A DNA stretch of 19,787 bases from Thermoanaerobaculia bacterium (GTDB lineage: Bacteria > Acidobacteriota > Thermoanaerobaculia > Multivoradales > UBA5704): the NCBI GenBank assembly GCA_044226625.1, contig JBGAGQ010000009.1, positions 108,590 to 128,376 on the forward strand, read 5' to 3'. Below the pieces are notes generated by a model that saw only the letters and a program-made list of their open reading frames with translations, did no database searches and was not told where the DNA came from. The translations under genes and the position numbers were made by a program. This document shows positions 1 to 8,680 of the stretch, piece by piece (the stretch's first letter is position 1; every line of letters begins with the position of its first letter).

Positions 1-2
1 AC

Positions 3-767
3 GGCGGCAGCTTGCTCTCGGACAAAGAAGCGGCGGAGACCGCGCATCCGGACCGGATCTCCCGGCTCGCGCGGGAGATCGCCTCCGCGCGGGAAGACGC
101 CGAGGCGAACGGCGAGCGGATCGTCCTGGGACACGGTAGCGGATCGTTCGGCCACGTGGCAGCGGCCGCGGCGGGCCTGGGCCGCGGGCCGATCGAGGCC
201 GCGGCGTATCCTGGCGCGAGCCGGACGCAGGAGCGTGCGGCGGCGTTGCACCGCCTGGTGGTCGAAGCTCTCCGGGCCGCCGGTCTCGCGCCGTTCTCGC
301 TCGCCCCTTCGAGCTTTCTCGCCGCGGACGGCGGCAAGGTGGCCGAGCGATTCCTCTCTCCCATCGCCCGGGCGCTTTCGCTCGGCTTCCTTCCCGTGGT
401 CTATGGCGACGTCGTGCTCGACCGGACCTGGGGCGCGGCGATCGCCTCGACCGAGGCGGTGCTCACCGAGATCGCGGCCGGGCTCCCAGCCTTGGGCATC
501 GAGATCTCCCGTGCCCTTTGGCTCGGCGAGACCGAGGGGGTCTACGACGCGGCGGGCCGGACGATCCCCCACCTCTCGGCGCTCGAGGACGCCGCGATCG
601 GCGCGGCGCGCGGCACCGACGTAACCGGCGGCATGCGCCTTCGCGTCGCGACCTGCCTCGCGTTCGCCGAGCGCGGCATCCCGTCGACGATCTTCGACGG
701 CCGCGCACCCGGCCGGCTGGCGGCGGCGATCCGCGGCGAAGCGGTACCCGGTACGACGATCGGTTGA
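3..767 (+). CDS. Isopentenyl phosphate kinase (archaeal-type, amino-acid kinase family), 5'-truncated by the window edge
   Basis: The frame is open from nt 3 (GGSLLSDK, matching the KxGGSxxTxK start motif). It contains HGSGSFGH, PVVYGDV and DVTGGM, all IPK-family motifs. The true start lies upstream of the window. Confidence 0.85.
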   Translation, partial: GGSLLSDKEAAETAHPDRISRLAREIASAREDAEANGERIVLGHGSGSFGHVAAAAAGLGRGPIEAAAYPGASRTQERAAALHRLVVEALRAAGLAPFSLAPSSFLAADGGKVAERFLSPIARALSLGFLPVVYGDVVLDRTWGAAIASTEAVLTEIAAGLPALGIEISRALWLGETEGVYDAAGRTIPHLSALEDAAIGAARGTDVTGGMRLRVATCLAFAERGIPSTIFDGRAPGRLAAAIRGEAVPGTTIG

Positions 768-819
768 CACCCACGCCTCGGCCGGCGATCTCCGGCGATC
801 CCCTGCTATCCTCCTCGCA

Positions 820-1824
820 ATGACCCCAGAGCGCTCGAGCCCGGCCCTCGACCCGAGGGTCGACGCGACGTCCGACCTCGATTTCGAGGATCTGCTCGGC
901 AAGACCAGCCGGACCTTCGCGCTGTCGATCCCGCACCTTCCCGAGCCGACTCGGCGCGAGGTGACGCTCGCCTATCTCCTGTTCCGCGTCGCCGACACGT
1001 TCGAAGATGCCGCGACCTGGCCGCGCGCGCTGCGGCGGGAGGCGCTCGAGCGGTTCGGCCGCCTGCTCGAGTCCCACGACGTCGAAGAGACCCGGCGGCT
1101 GGCAGCGCACTGGAGCGAAACAGTGCCCTGCGCGCAGCCGGGATATCGCGAGCTGCTGGTCCGCCTGCCCGAGGTGCTCGCCGCGACGTACGACCTCGGA
1201 GCGGAGGCGAGCGAGCTCGTGCGCGCGCACGCCCGGCGCACGGTGCTCGGCATGGCCGACTTCGTCGACCGGATCACCGACTTCGGCGATCTGAAGCTCG
1301 CCGACCTCGACGATCTGCGCGCCTATTGCTACGTCGTCGCCGGTCTGGTGGGCGAGCTACTCACCGAGCTGCTGCTGCTCGACCGGGCCGAGCTGGGCGG
1401 CGTGGCCGAGGAGCTGCGCTCCCGCTCGCGCGATTTCGGCGAAGGTCTCCAACTGGTCAACATTCTCAAGGATGCCGCGGGCGACGCGGTCGAGGGGCGC
1501 ACCTACCTGCCGCCCGACGTGCCACTCGGCGAGGTCTTCGCGCTCGCCCGGCGGGATCTCGGCATCGCGGGCGAATACGTTCGGACCCTGCAGCTCGCGG
1601 GCGCCGCGCGCGGGGTCGTGGCGTTCAACGCCCTGCCGGCGCGCCTCGCGCTCGCCTCGCTCGACCGGCTGGAGGAGCGCGGACCCGGAGCGAAGGTGAG
1701 CCGCCCCGAGCTGTTCAAGATCATCGCCCGGATGGAGAAGGCGCTCGACGCCGGAGAACCGCCCGTCCCCGCCCCCGACGCCCACGAGCTCGCCGAAATC
1801 GCGGCCACGATTTGGCCGGGTTGA
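820..1824 (+). CDS. Squalene/phytoene synthase family protein (farnesyl-diphosphate farnesyltransferase-like)
   Basis: Motifs KTSRTFALSI, YLLFRVADTFED, YCYVVAGLVG, GLQLVNILKD and GRTYLP are typical of head-to-head prenyltransferases. Confidence 0.88.
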   Translation: MTPERSSPALDPRVDATSDLDFEDLLGKTSRTFALSIPHLPEPTRREVTLAYLLFRVADTFEDAATWPRALRREALERFGRLLESHDVEETRRLAAHWSETVPCAQPGYRELLVRLPEVLAATYDLGAEASELVRAHARRTVLGMADFVDRITDFGDLKLADLDDLRAYCYVVAGLVGELLTELLLLDRAELGGVAEELRSRSRDFGEGLQLVNILKDAAGDAVEGRTYLPPDVPLGEVFALARRDLGIAGEYVRTLQLAGAARGVVAFNALPARLALASLDRLEERGPGAKVSRPELFKIIARMEKALDAGEPPVPAPDAHELAEIAATIWPG

Positions 1825-1841
1825 TCCGCCGCAGAGGAGTG

Positions 1842-1981
1842 GGTTGGGAGGGGAAGGCGCCCCCGGCGAAGGACGAAGCGAAGCGACGAACCCCGCCGAG
1901 GGAAGTGAAGTGACGTCCGTGAGCGCTGAGGTCTAACCCGGCGTCCACGCCGGCCGAGCGAGGGGGCATCCTCTCCCGACC
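1842..1981. repeat. Intergenic element with imperfect terminal inverted repeats (REP/MITE-like) between convergent genes
   Basis: GGGAGGGGAAGGCGCCCCC (1846-1864) is an imperfect reverse complement of GGGGGCATCCTCTCCC (1962-1977). Confidence 0.4.
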
Positions 1982-1993
1982 GTGGGGAGAACT

Positions 1994-2929
1994 CTAATAC
2001 AAGAAGGCCTGGGACGGTACGCGGACGGTTCGGAGCGACGCGATCTTCGAGGCGGGCTCCAGGCCCGCCCTCCGCTCCCCAACCCGGACGACCTCCCCCA
2101 CCACCAACGTGGCGGGCGCCTCGAGGCCCGCCTCGGCGGCCAACCCTGCCAGGGTCGCGAGGGTTCCCACCACGGCGGTCTCCCCGGGCAGCGTGGCATT
2201 CGCGATGGCCGCGGCCGGCGTCTCCGGCGATCGGCCGGCGCGGATCAACGCGGCCGAAATCTCCGCGAGGTGGGAAAGGCCCATCAGGACCACGATCGTG
2301 TCGAGGCGGGCGATAGCGGGCCAGTCGACGCCCGGCAAGTCGACGCCTTCCCGCGGCTCCGCCCGGTGGCCCGCGACGATCGCCACGCTCCCCGCCACGC
2401 CGCGGTGGGTGATCGGGATCCCCGCCGCAGCCGGCGCGGCGATCGCGCTCGAGATGCCCGGGACGATCTCGCAGGGAATACCGGCTTCCGCGCAGGCGAG
2501 CGCCTCCTCCCCGCCGCGGCCGAAGACGAACGGATCGCCCCCTTTCAGCCGCACCACCCGCCGGCCGGCGCGGGCGTGGGCGATCAGTAGCCGGCAGATC
2601 TCCTCCTGCGTCTTCGAGCGGGATCCCGCTGCCTTCCCCACGTCCAGGCGGAGCGCGGCGCGCGGCGCCTCGTCGAGCAGCTCCGGGCTCACCAGCCTGT
2701 CGTAGAGCAGAACCTCCGCACGCCGCAGGCAGCGGAGCCCGCGAACGGTGATCAGCTCGGGATCTCCCGGTCCGGCTCCGACGAGGAAGACGCGCCCGCC
2801 CGGCTCCGGGGCCAGCTGGGCCGTCGCGGCATCCCGACCTTGAACGCGCTCGAACGAGTCGTCCCCGCGATCTGCGATCCCCCTCACTCGGGCCGAACCG
2901 GCCGGGGCGTACCCGCAGCGCTCGATCAC
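1994..2929 (-). CDS. cobA: Uroporphyrinogen-III C-methyltransferase (SUMT; CysG C-terminal module as a separate gene)
   Basis: VFLVGAGPGDPELITVRG, LYDRLV, VVRLKGGDPFVFGRGGEE and VPGISS motifs. The GTG start at 2929 overlaps the upstream TGA (GTGA coupling). Confidence 0.92.
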   Translation of the reverse strand: MIERCGYAPAGSARVRGIADRGDDSFERVQGRDAATAQLAPEPGGRVFLVGAGPGDPELITVRGLRCLRRAEVLLYDRLVSPELLDEAPRAALRLDVGKAAGSRSKTQEEICRLLIAHARAGRRVVRLKGGDPFVFGRGGEEALACAEAGIPCEIVPGISSAIAAPAAAGIPITHRGVAGSVAIVAGHRAEPREGVDLPGVDWPAIARLDTIVVLMGLSHLAEISAALIRAGRSPETPAAAIANATLPGETAVVGTLATLAGLAAEAGLEAPATLVVGEVVRVGERRAGLEPASKIASLRTVRVPSQAFLY

Positions 2930-3573
2930 GGCCAAGCCTCCGGCAGCTCGACGCCGAGGATCTCCTCGAACCTGCGGTGCGCCTCGAGCTCCCGCCCGGC
3001 GCGCAGCAGACGCAGGGTGTCGGAATCGACCAGGGCGTACCAACGGCGGCGGCGCTCGGCGAAATCGGGACGCCGTTCGGCGAGCGGCTCCCGGGCGCGG
3101 GCGGCGATCTCGACGAACCGTTCGATCTCCGGCCCGAGCCGCCGCGCGATCCGGTCGCGCACACGCGCGGCAAGCGCCGGAGCCCGGCCCGCCGTCGAAA
3201 CTGCGACGGTGAACTCGCCGCGGCGAACGATCGCCGGGGCGGTGAACGAGCAGTGCGGCGGCCGGTCGACCACGTTCAAGAACACCCGCCGCGCCGCCGC
3301 CTCGCGCTCGATCCTCGGCAGGAAGCGCTCCACGTCGCCGGGGATCGCGATCGCGATCCAGGCGTCCGCGAGATCTCCCTCGCGGTAGTCCCGATCCACC
3401 AGCTCGACCGACGGTGCCTGCCCGCCCGCGCGCTCCGAGGCGGTCAGGGCGATCCAGCGGACGCGCGCCCCGGCGGCGAGGAGGCCACGCACCTTTTCCA
3501 CCGCGGGAGCCGCCGCGCCGAGCACTACCGCGAGCCGGCCGGAGAGGTCGAGCACGACCGGGTAGGAAGCCAT
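2926..3573 (-). CDS. Precorrin-2 dehydrogenase / sirohydrochlorin ferrochelatase (CysG N-terminal, SirC/Met8-like)
   Basis: YPVVLDLSGRLAVVLG, LNVVDRPPHCSFTAPAIVRRG and VAVSTAGRAPALAARVR. The ATG at 3573 is the start; the longer ORF call from 3969 is not supported. Confidence 0.88.
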   Translation of the reverse strand: MASYPVVLDLSGRLAVVLGAAAPAVEKVRGLLAAGARVRWIALTASERAGGQAPSVELVDRDYREGDLADAWIAIAIPGDVERFLPRIEREAAARRVFLNVVDRPPHCSFTAPAIVRRGEFTVAVSTAGRAPALAARVRDRIARRLGPEIERFVEIAARAREPLAERRPDFAERRRRWYALVDSDTLRLLRAGRELEAHRRFEEILGVELPEAWP

Positions 3574-3583
3574 CGGCCGCCCC

Positions 3584-4120
3584 CTAGACCTCGACCGCCA
3601 CGCTCCGGACCGAGACGCCGGTTCGGTCAACCTCCAGGGCGAGCCGAGCGACCGACGTCCGCAACTCGAGCCGCACCCGCCCCGGCCGGCCGCCCGCGAC
3701 CGAGATGCCGGTGAGCGTCGTCCCGACCAGGGCTCCCAGCGCTTCTTCGGCCTCGCGGGCGCGGCGGGCGAGCTCCCGTCCCGCGCGCGTCCGCCGGTAG
3801 AGGTCGAGGAACTCCCCTTCCGCCTCCGCGCCGTGAAGCCGTCGGGCGCGCCCGGTCGAAAGCGACAGGTCGAGCAGCCGCGCGAAGGGTTCTTCCAGGT
3901 TTTCCGGCACCACGCCCGCGGCGATCGATCCCGCGAGGCGCGCCAGATCCGAACGCTCCGCGGCGCCATGGACGCTCGCCGTGTAGGCCGCGAGCTCCTC
4001 CAGGAGGTCCCCTCGGTGGAGCGCCGGAATCGCCAGGCGTTCCGATGACACCGGATCGGACGTGCGGAGCGTTTGGGATACCGAGTCGGCGCGCGGTTCG
4101 GGAGACGGCGCCGCGCTCAT
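3584..4120 (-). CDS. Hypothetical protein (178 aa) within the sulfate assimilation operon
   Basis: The ATG at 4120 overlaps the cysH stop (ATGA), and the ORF ends 10 nt before the next start. Composition is protein-like, with helices followed by C-terminal beta strands. Confidence 0.7.
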   Translation of the reverse strand: MSAAPSPEPRADSVSQTLRTSDPVSSERLAIPALHRGDLLEELAAYTASVHGAAERSDLARLAGSIAAGVVPENLEEPFARLLDLSLSTGRARRLHGAEAEGEFLDLYRRTRAGRELARRAREAEEALGALVGTTLTGISVAGGRPGRVRLELRTSVARLALEVDRTGVSVRSVAVEV

Positions 4121-5025
4121 CGCGCCTCCTCGCCGACCAGCGCCTCGATCTCGTGCTCCAGCCCGCCGGTCTCGATCGGGCAGTGGATTCCGCACTCCTT
4201 GGGCGCGTTCGTCTCCCACCACCAGCGCCCCGCGCGCGGGTCTTCATCCGCCCGCGTCGGCCGTGTGCAGGGGGCGCAACCGATGCTGGTGAACCCGCGG
4301 GCATACAGCGGATGCATCGGCACGTCGTGCTCCCGCAGGTAGTCGAGCACCTCCTCCGCGGCCCAGTCGGCGAGCGGCGAGAGCTTAGCCAGCCCGCCGT
4401 GGTCATGGTCGATCTCCAGCTTGCGGAGGTTCGCCCGGCTCGCCCACTGATCGCGGCGCAGCCCGGTGACCCAGGCGTCGAGGCCGCCGAGCGCGCGAGT
4501 GATCGGCTCGACCTTGCGCACGTGGCAGCAGAGCAACCGCTCGGGCACGGAGCGCCGGAAGCCGTTCGGTCCCTGGCGCCGGACCAGCGACTGGAGCTGC
4601 CGAGCGTCCGGGAACTCGACCTCGATCGACACGCCGTAGCGGGCGCGGACCTGTTCCATCAGCTCGTACGTCTCCTCGGGCATCCGGCCCGTGTCGACCG
4701 TGAAGATCCGCACGTCCGGCCGGATCCGCCACGCCATGTCGAGCAAGGCCATCCCTTCGGCCTGGAAGCTGGTGCAGATCGCCAGGCGCATCCCCCAGCG
4801 GTCGAGCGCCCATTCGAGGATCTCCTCGGGCGCCGCCGCGTCGAGGTCGGCGGCCAGGCGGCCCGCCTCGTACTCGTCGAGCAGGTCGCGTTCCGGATTG
4901 GCGACCGCCCGGGGACCGCCGACTCCGGAGAGAACCTCGCGCGCGGCCGGGCCGGTAACGAGGGTCGACGAGAGGGTCGCGTCAAAAGAGTTGTGGGACG
5001 AGGGCTCGGGAAGCGGGCGAAGCAT
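4117..5025 (-). CDS. cysH: Adenosine 5'-phosphosulfate / PAPS reductase (4Fe-4S APS-reductase type)
   Basis: TSFQAEG, DTG, CCHVRKVEP, WVTGLRRDQ, SIGCAPCT, RAGRW and ECGIH motifs. CC plus CxxC is the Fe-S signature of APS reductases. Start taken as the ATG at 5025, 4 nt after the sulfite reductase stop. Confidence 0.92.
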   Translation of the reverse strand: MLRPLPEPSSHNSFDATLSSTLVTGPAAREVLSGVGGPRAVANPERDLLDEYEAGRLAADLDAAAPEEILEWALDRWGMRLAICTSFQAEGMALLDMAWRIRPDVRIFTVDTGRMPEETYELMEQVRARYGVSIEVEFPDARQLQSLVRRQGPNGFRRSVPERLLCCHVRKVEPITRALGGLDAWVTGLRRDQWASRANLRKLEIDHDHGGLAKLSPLADWAAEEVLDYLREHDVPMHPLYARGFTSIGCAPCTRPTRADEDPRAGRWWWETNAPKECGIHCPIETGGLEHEIEALVGEEAR

Positions 5026-5029
5026 GGTC

Positions 5030-6697
5030 TCAAGCCTCCAAGGTTTGGGCGCTGCCGGCGGGTGCAACCGGAAGGGGATCGGACGTCGACGTCTCGGCAA
5101 GGGCGATCAGAAATTCGTCATCCGTGCGGGCGAGCCATCGTTGGAAGCTCTCGCCATCGACGCGACGCTCGAAGAACGCTTCGATCAGTCGCTCGAGGAC
5201 CCGGTGGATCGCCTCGGCCGGGACGCGCCGGAGCACCGGACGGCCGATCGCCGCCTCCCGCCCCTGGCCGCCGCGCAGGAAGACGTCGAAACCCTGACGC
5301 CGCTCGCCGTTCTGCCCGCGCTCGCGCAGGGTGGTCCCCTGGAGGCCGAGGTCGCCCGTCCAGTGGTGGGCGCAGGCGTGCGGGCAGCCGTCGAGCTGGA
5401 TCGCGAGCTCGCCGACCGCCGCCCCGAAACGCGCCGTCAGATGGTCGACGATCGTCCCCAGGCGCCGTTTGGTCTCGGCGACGGCGAAATTGCAGTACGG
5501 GTCGCCGGTGCAGGCGATCGCCCGCCCCGCGAGCGTCGAGCCGTCCAAGGGAAATCCAAGCCGCGCGGCCCGGTCCAGGATCTCCTCCCGCCGCACCTCC
5601 GGGAGGTTCGTGAGCAAGAGGTTCTGGTGGCGGGTCAACCGGATCTCGCCGCCAAAGCTCTCGGCGAGGTCGGCGAGCGCGAGAAGCCGCGTACCGGAGA
5701 TCAACCCCGAGGCGACCGAAAAGCCCGCGTACCAGAGCCCGGGCTGCCGCTGCCGATGGACGCCGAGGTGGAGCGGATCGGCCCCTTCGCGCGGCTCCGG
5801 AGCGGGCGCCCGTTCGAGCGCGTACCCCAGCCGCTCTTCGACCCGCGCCCGAAACGCCTCCGCTCCGACGTCCTCGATCAGGAACTTGAGCCGTGCGCGG
5901 GCGCGCGACATCCGATAGCGGAGGTCCAGGCGCCAGGTGTCGACGATCGCGGCGAGCACCTCGACCGCTCGTTCTTTCGGCACGAAGGCGCCGAGGTCGG
6001 AGGCGAGGCGGGGAAACGTCGACAGCCCCCCGCCCACCCGGATCGCGAACCCTTCCCGTCCGTCGCGGATCGCGCCGATCAGAGCGATGCAGTGGATCTC
6101 GGGCGCGTTGCATTGGTGCGGGCAGGCGGAGACGGTGATCTTGTGCTTCCGGGGGAGGTTCGAATACTCGGGCCGAGAGCGGAAGAGCGCCTCGATCGCC
6201 TGGAGCGTCGGCCGGACGTCGAAAAGCTCCGCCGCGTCGATCCCCGCGAGCGGGCAGCCGGTCACGTTCCGGACGTTGTCGCCGCACGCCCCGGCCGTGT
6301 CCAGCCCCAGCGCGCCGAGGGTGGCGAGCACCTCCGGCAGCCGGGCGAGCTCCAGGTCGTGCAGTTGGACGTTCTGGCGCGTCGTGATCTCGGCGTAATC
6401 GCCCCCCAGATCGCGCGAGATCCGGCCGATCGCGCGCAGCTTCTCGGGGGAGAGGAAGCCGCCCGGGATCTTTGCCCGCAGCATGAACCGGCCAGTCTTC
6501 GGCTTGTCGTGGTAGAGCCCGTACCACTGCAAGCGGACCAGATCCTCTTCCGGCACCGCCTCATAACCCGTCTCGACCATCGCCGGCAGCTCGCCGAGCA
6601 CGTCGAGCCCCGGCTTGTCGCGTTTCAGCCGCTCGATCGAGTTCCGCTTGTAGATCAGCTCCCAGGTCGGGGGCTCGGCGTTTTCCAAAGACCGCAA
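5030..6697 (-). CDS. Ferredoxin-dependent sulfite/nitrite reductase, siroheme-[4Fe-4S] hemoprotein (Sir/CysI-like)
   Basis: ITTRQNVQLH, ACGDNVRNVTGCP, NLPRKHK, ACTGDPYCNFA and DGCPHACAHH ligand motifs. TTG start with an AGGAGAG RBS. The cysH and siroheme genes downstream favour sulfite as substrate. Confidence 0.9.
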   Translation of the reverse strand: MRSLENAEPPTWELIYKRNSIERLKRDKPGLDVLGELPAMVETGYEAVPEEDLVRLQWYGLYHDKPKTGRFMLRAKIPGGFLSPEKLRAIGRISRDLGGDYAEITTRQNVQLHDLELARLPEVLATLGALGLDTAGACGDNVRNVTGCPLAGIDAAELFDVRPTLQAIEALFRSRPEYSNLPRKHKITVSACPHQCNAPEIHCIALIGAIRDGREGFAIRVGGGLSTFPRLASDLGAFVPKERAVEVLAAIVDTWRLDLRYRMSRARARLKFLIEDVGAEAFRARVEERLGYALERAPAPEPREGADPLHLGVHRQRQPGLWYAGFSVASGLISGTRLLALADLAESFGGEIRLTRHQNLLLTNLPEVRREEILDRAARLGFPLDGSTLAGRAIACTGDPYCNFAVAETKRRLGTIVDHLTARFGAAVGELAIQLDGCPHACAHHWTGDLGLQGTTLRERGQNGERRQGFDVFLRGGQGREAAIGRPVLRRVPAEAIHRVLERLIEAFFERRVDGESFQRWLARTDDEFLIALAETSTSDPLPVAPAGSAQTLEA

Positions 6698-6793
6698 GGC
6701 GAGGCTCTCCTGAGCGGCCCGAATCGAGCCGCGGATGGTTTCGCGCGAAGGCGAACGTGCGGGGAAGACGACAGGAAACGACAGCCAGAGGAC

Positions 6794-6828
6794 GCGGGAA
6801 GGGGAGCCCGAAGGCTCCCCTCGCCCGC
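6794..6828 (-). promoter_or_regulatory. Strong hairpin with C-UUCG-G tetraloop in the sulfite reductase operon leader (attenuator or terminator-like)
   Basis: Minus strand reads GCGGGcGAGGGGAGCC-TTCG-GGCTCCCCTTCCCGC. There is no U-tract, but a C/U-rich tract follows. Confidence 0.6.
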
Positions 6829-6884
6829 TAACTACAGGGGGAGAACGGCAGAAGCTCGGTCGGGGGGAGAGGGGTACGGCTCAT
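6828..6884 (-). CDS. Candidate leader peptide MSRTPLPPTELLPFSPCS (18 aa, penultimate Cys)
   Basis: ATG at 6884 lies 8 nt after a predicted -10 box, and its TAG abuts the hairpin upstream of the cysteine-pathway operon. Confidence 0.4.
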   Translation of the reverse strand: MSRTPLPPTELLPFSPCS

Positions 6885-6892
6885 TTGTGAGT

Positions 6893-6921
6893 AAGATGAT
6901 CCAGATTAGCGACGCTGTCAA
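6893..6921 (-). promoter_or_regulatory. Sigma70-type promoter for the sulfur operon
   Basis: Perfect TTGACA (6921-6916), a 17-nt spacer, then CATCTT (6898-6893). Confidence 0.55.
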
Positions 6922-7008
6922 GCCCAGATCCTGAATTGCCGACAAAACAGGCTCCGAGGGACGCACCGATCTCCCGGGTACCGCGCCGGGAGTACCCCGT
7001 AAACCGAC

Positions 7009-8391
7009 CTACCGGACGACCCGAATCTCCCGCACCACCGTGCCACCGAACCGGCTCACGCCCTCGCGCAGCATCTGCCAATCGGTCGTGTAGGTGCCGA
7101 GGCGCGTCGGCGCGAGCAACTGGAGGTTGAAGGTCGCGGTCTTTCCCGGCTGGATCTTGACGAAACGTCCGAGCAGCTTTCTGGGCGAGGTGAAAGGGTC
7201 GCTGTCTTCGCCCGCGCCGAGCTTGTAGCTCGCCGCGCGGGTCCAGACGGCGGTCCCCGTGTTGCGCACCGTGATCCGGGCGGTGAATCTCGATCCCCTG
7301 CGCATCGTGTCGGGGAAAGTGACCGAGACGATCTCGGCGTCGTCCCCCGGACCCTGCCGCAGGTCGATGAAGCCCTTGACCGCGCCGAAGGCGATCTTGT
7401 GCGAGCCGTCCGACTTGAGCAGCCCCCAGCGCGGAACGCTCGTGTTCGGATCGTCGATCAGCTCGTAGATGAAGATCTTGTCGATCCACTCGCGCCCGGC
7501 CTGTTCGGTGAACCAATCGCTCAGCAGGCCGGTCAGTTGGGCGGCCTGCCCGCTCTCTCCCACCTGGTCGCTCGCCCAGCCCGTTTCGGTGAGCCAGACC
7601 GGGCGGCCCAACCAGCCGGTGTTGCGCAGCACTTCCCGCAGCGAGGGATTGACCAACGGCCAGAGCGACGGCGTGCCGCCGAACTGGGTGTCGTCGTTCA
7701 ATTTCTTGGTCACGTCGCGCGAGCCGTCCCGGTCATACAGGTGGTGCGAGACGATGTCGAGGCGGTCGCTCGCCTTCTGGAGGATCTCGCGCAGCCAGAC
7801 GTACCAGTCGCTGTCCCCCGCGGTGAGGTGCGCGAGATCGGGCCCGGCGATCTTCGCCCCGGCATCGACGGAGCGGATCGCCGTCGAGCCCGGTTTGAGG
7901 ATCCTTTCGATGTAGTCGTTCCGGCTTCCGGCCCAGAAGCCGTCCTGGTTGGGCTCGTTCCAGAGGCCCCAGACCTGGATCTTCCCGCGGTATCGATCGG
8001 CCGCCCGCACACAGACGTCCGTCCAGTCGTCGACGCTCCGCGGCACGCCGGTGACCGCCGGGCCGTCGGTCGCCCACGCGGGCGAATAGGCGAGCGTCGC
8101 GTAGATCGAAAGCCCGCGAGCACGCGCCGCGGCGACGATCTCGTCATAGGCGCGCCAATCGAACTGGTCCTGCGCCGGCTCGACCCAAGGCCAGATGAAA
8201 TCGATCCGCACCCATCCGAGCCCCGCGTCGCGCACCTCGTCGAGCCGGGCCACCACGTCGGCCCCGAGCGGAGCGTGGATGTTCACCCCGAAATGAGACG
8301 CCTCCGCGGCGAAAGAAACGGACGGCAGTCCGATCGAAAGAACGGCGAAAACGCTCAGCGAGAGGGCGAGAAGTTGAGTTCGTCGCAGCAT
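7009..8391 (-). CDS. Secreted clan GH-A glycoside hydrolase (GH5/GH39-like) with C-terminal Ig-like (NBR1-FW-like) domain
   Basis: Signal peptide MLRRTQLLALSLSVFAVL...SFAA, WVRIDFIWPWVEP, acid/base WNEPN and nucleophile VWLTETGW. The C-terminal VRNTGTAVW...APTRLGTYTTDWQM fits an Ig-like module. Confidence 0.82.
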   Translation of the reverse strand: MLRRTQLLALSLSVFAVLSIGLPSVSFAAEASHFGVNIHAPLGADVVARLDEVRDAGLGWVRIDFIWPWVEPAQDQFDWRAYDEIVAAARARGLSIYATLAYSPAWATDGPAVTGVPRSVDDWTDVCVRAADRYRGKIQVWGLWNEPNQDGFWAGSRNDYIERILKPGSTAIRSVDAGAKIAGPDLAHLTAGDSDWYVWLREILQKASDRLDIVSHHLYDRDGSRDVTKKLNDDTQFGGTPSLWPLVNPSLREVLRNTGWLGRPVWLTETGWASDQVGESGQAAQLTGLLSDWFTEQAGREWIDKIFIYELIDDPNTSVPRWGLLKSDGSHKIAFGAVKGFIDLRQGPGDDAEIVSVTFPDTMRRGSRFTARITVRNTGTAVWTRAASYKLGAGEDSDPFTSPRKLLGRFVKIQPGKTATFNLQLLAPTRLGTYTTDWQMLREGVSRFGGTVVREIRVVR

Positions 8392-8464
8392 GGGCAAGAC
8401 CCTCCACGCCCAAAGGTACCGGCCCGGCGCCCGGCTGTCAAAAAGTTTGGGATCCATCGCCGAC

Positions 8465-8557
8465 GGGATGGGGCGGGCTTTCAGCCCTTGGAGATGGGGG
8501 CCGGTCCTCCAACCTGGGGCGTTGCCCCAGGCTATTATCGGGCGGGCCTTTGGCCCT
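8465..8557 (-). repeat. REP-like palindromic element (left copy)
   Basis: Contains CCTGGGGCGTTGCCCCAGG and is the reverse complement of the element at 8943-9034 (shared ATAATAGCCTGGGGCAACGCCCCAGG and GCTGAAAGC..CCCATCC). Confidence 0.7.
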
Positions 8558-8680
8558 CAGGCTACGGCACTCCTCGGGGCATCTGGTCGAGGTCAACGCC
8601 TCAATGCAATCCGGCCGAAGGGGCGAATATCGCGTGTCGCGAAGTCTCGCCGCAAGCGTCAACGCCACGAGCCCACACGG

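Noticed and set aside
4045-6934. Long plus-strand ORFs (4045-5613, 4691-6934)
   Set aside because: Antisense shadows of cysH and the sulfite reductase in high-GC DNA, with no motifs.
6700-7000. SAM or cobalamin riboswitch
   Set aside because: I could not find the conserved core motifs by eye. An Rfam scan would settle it.
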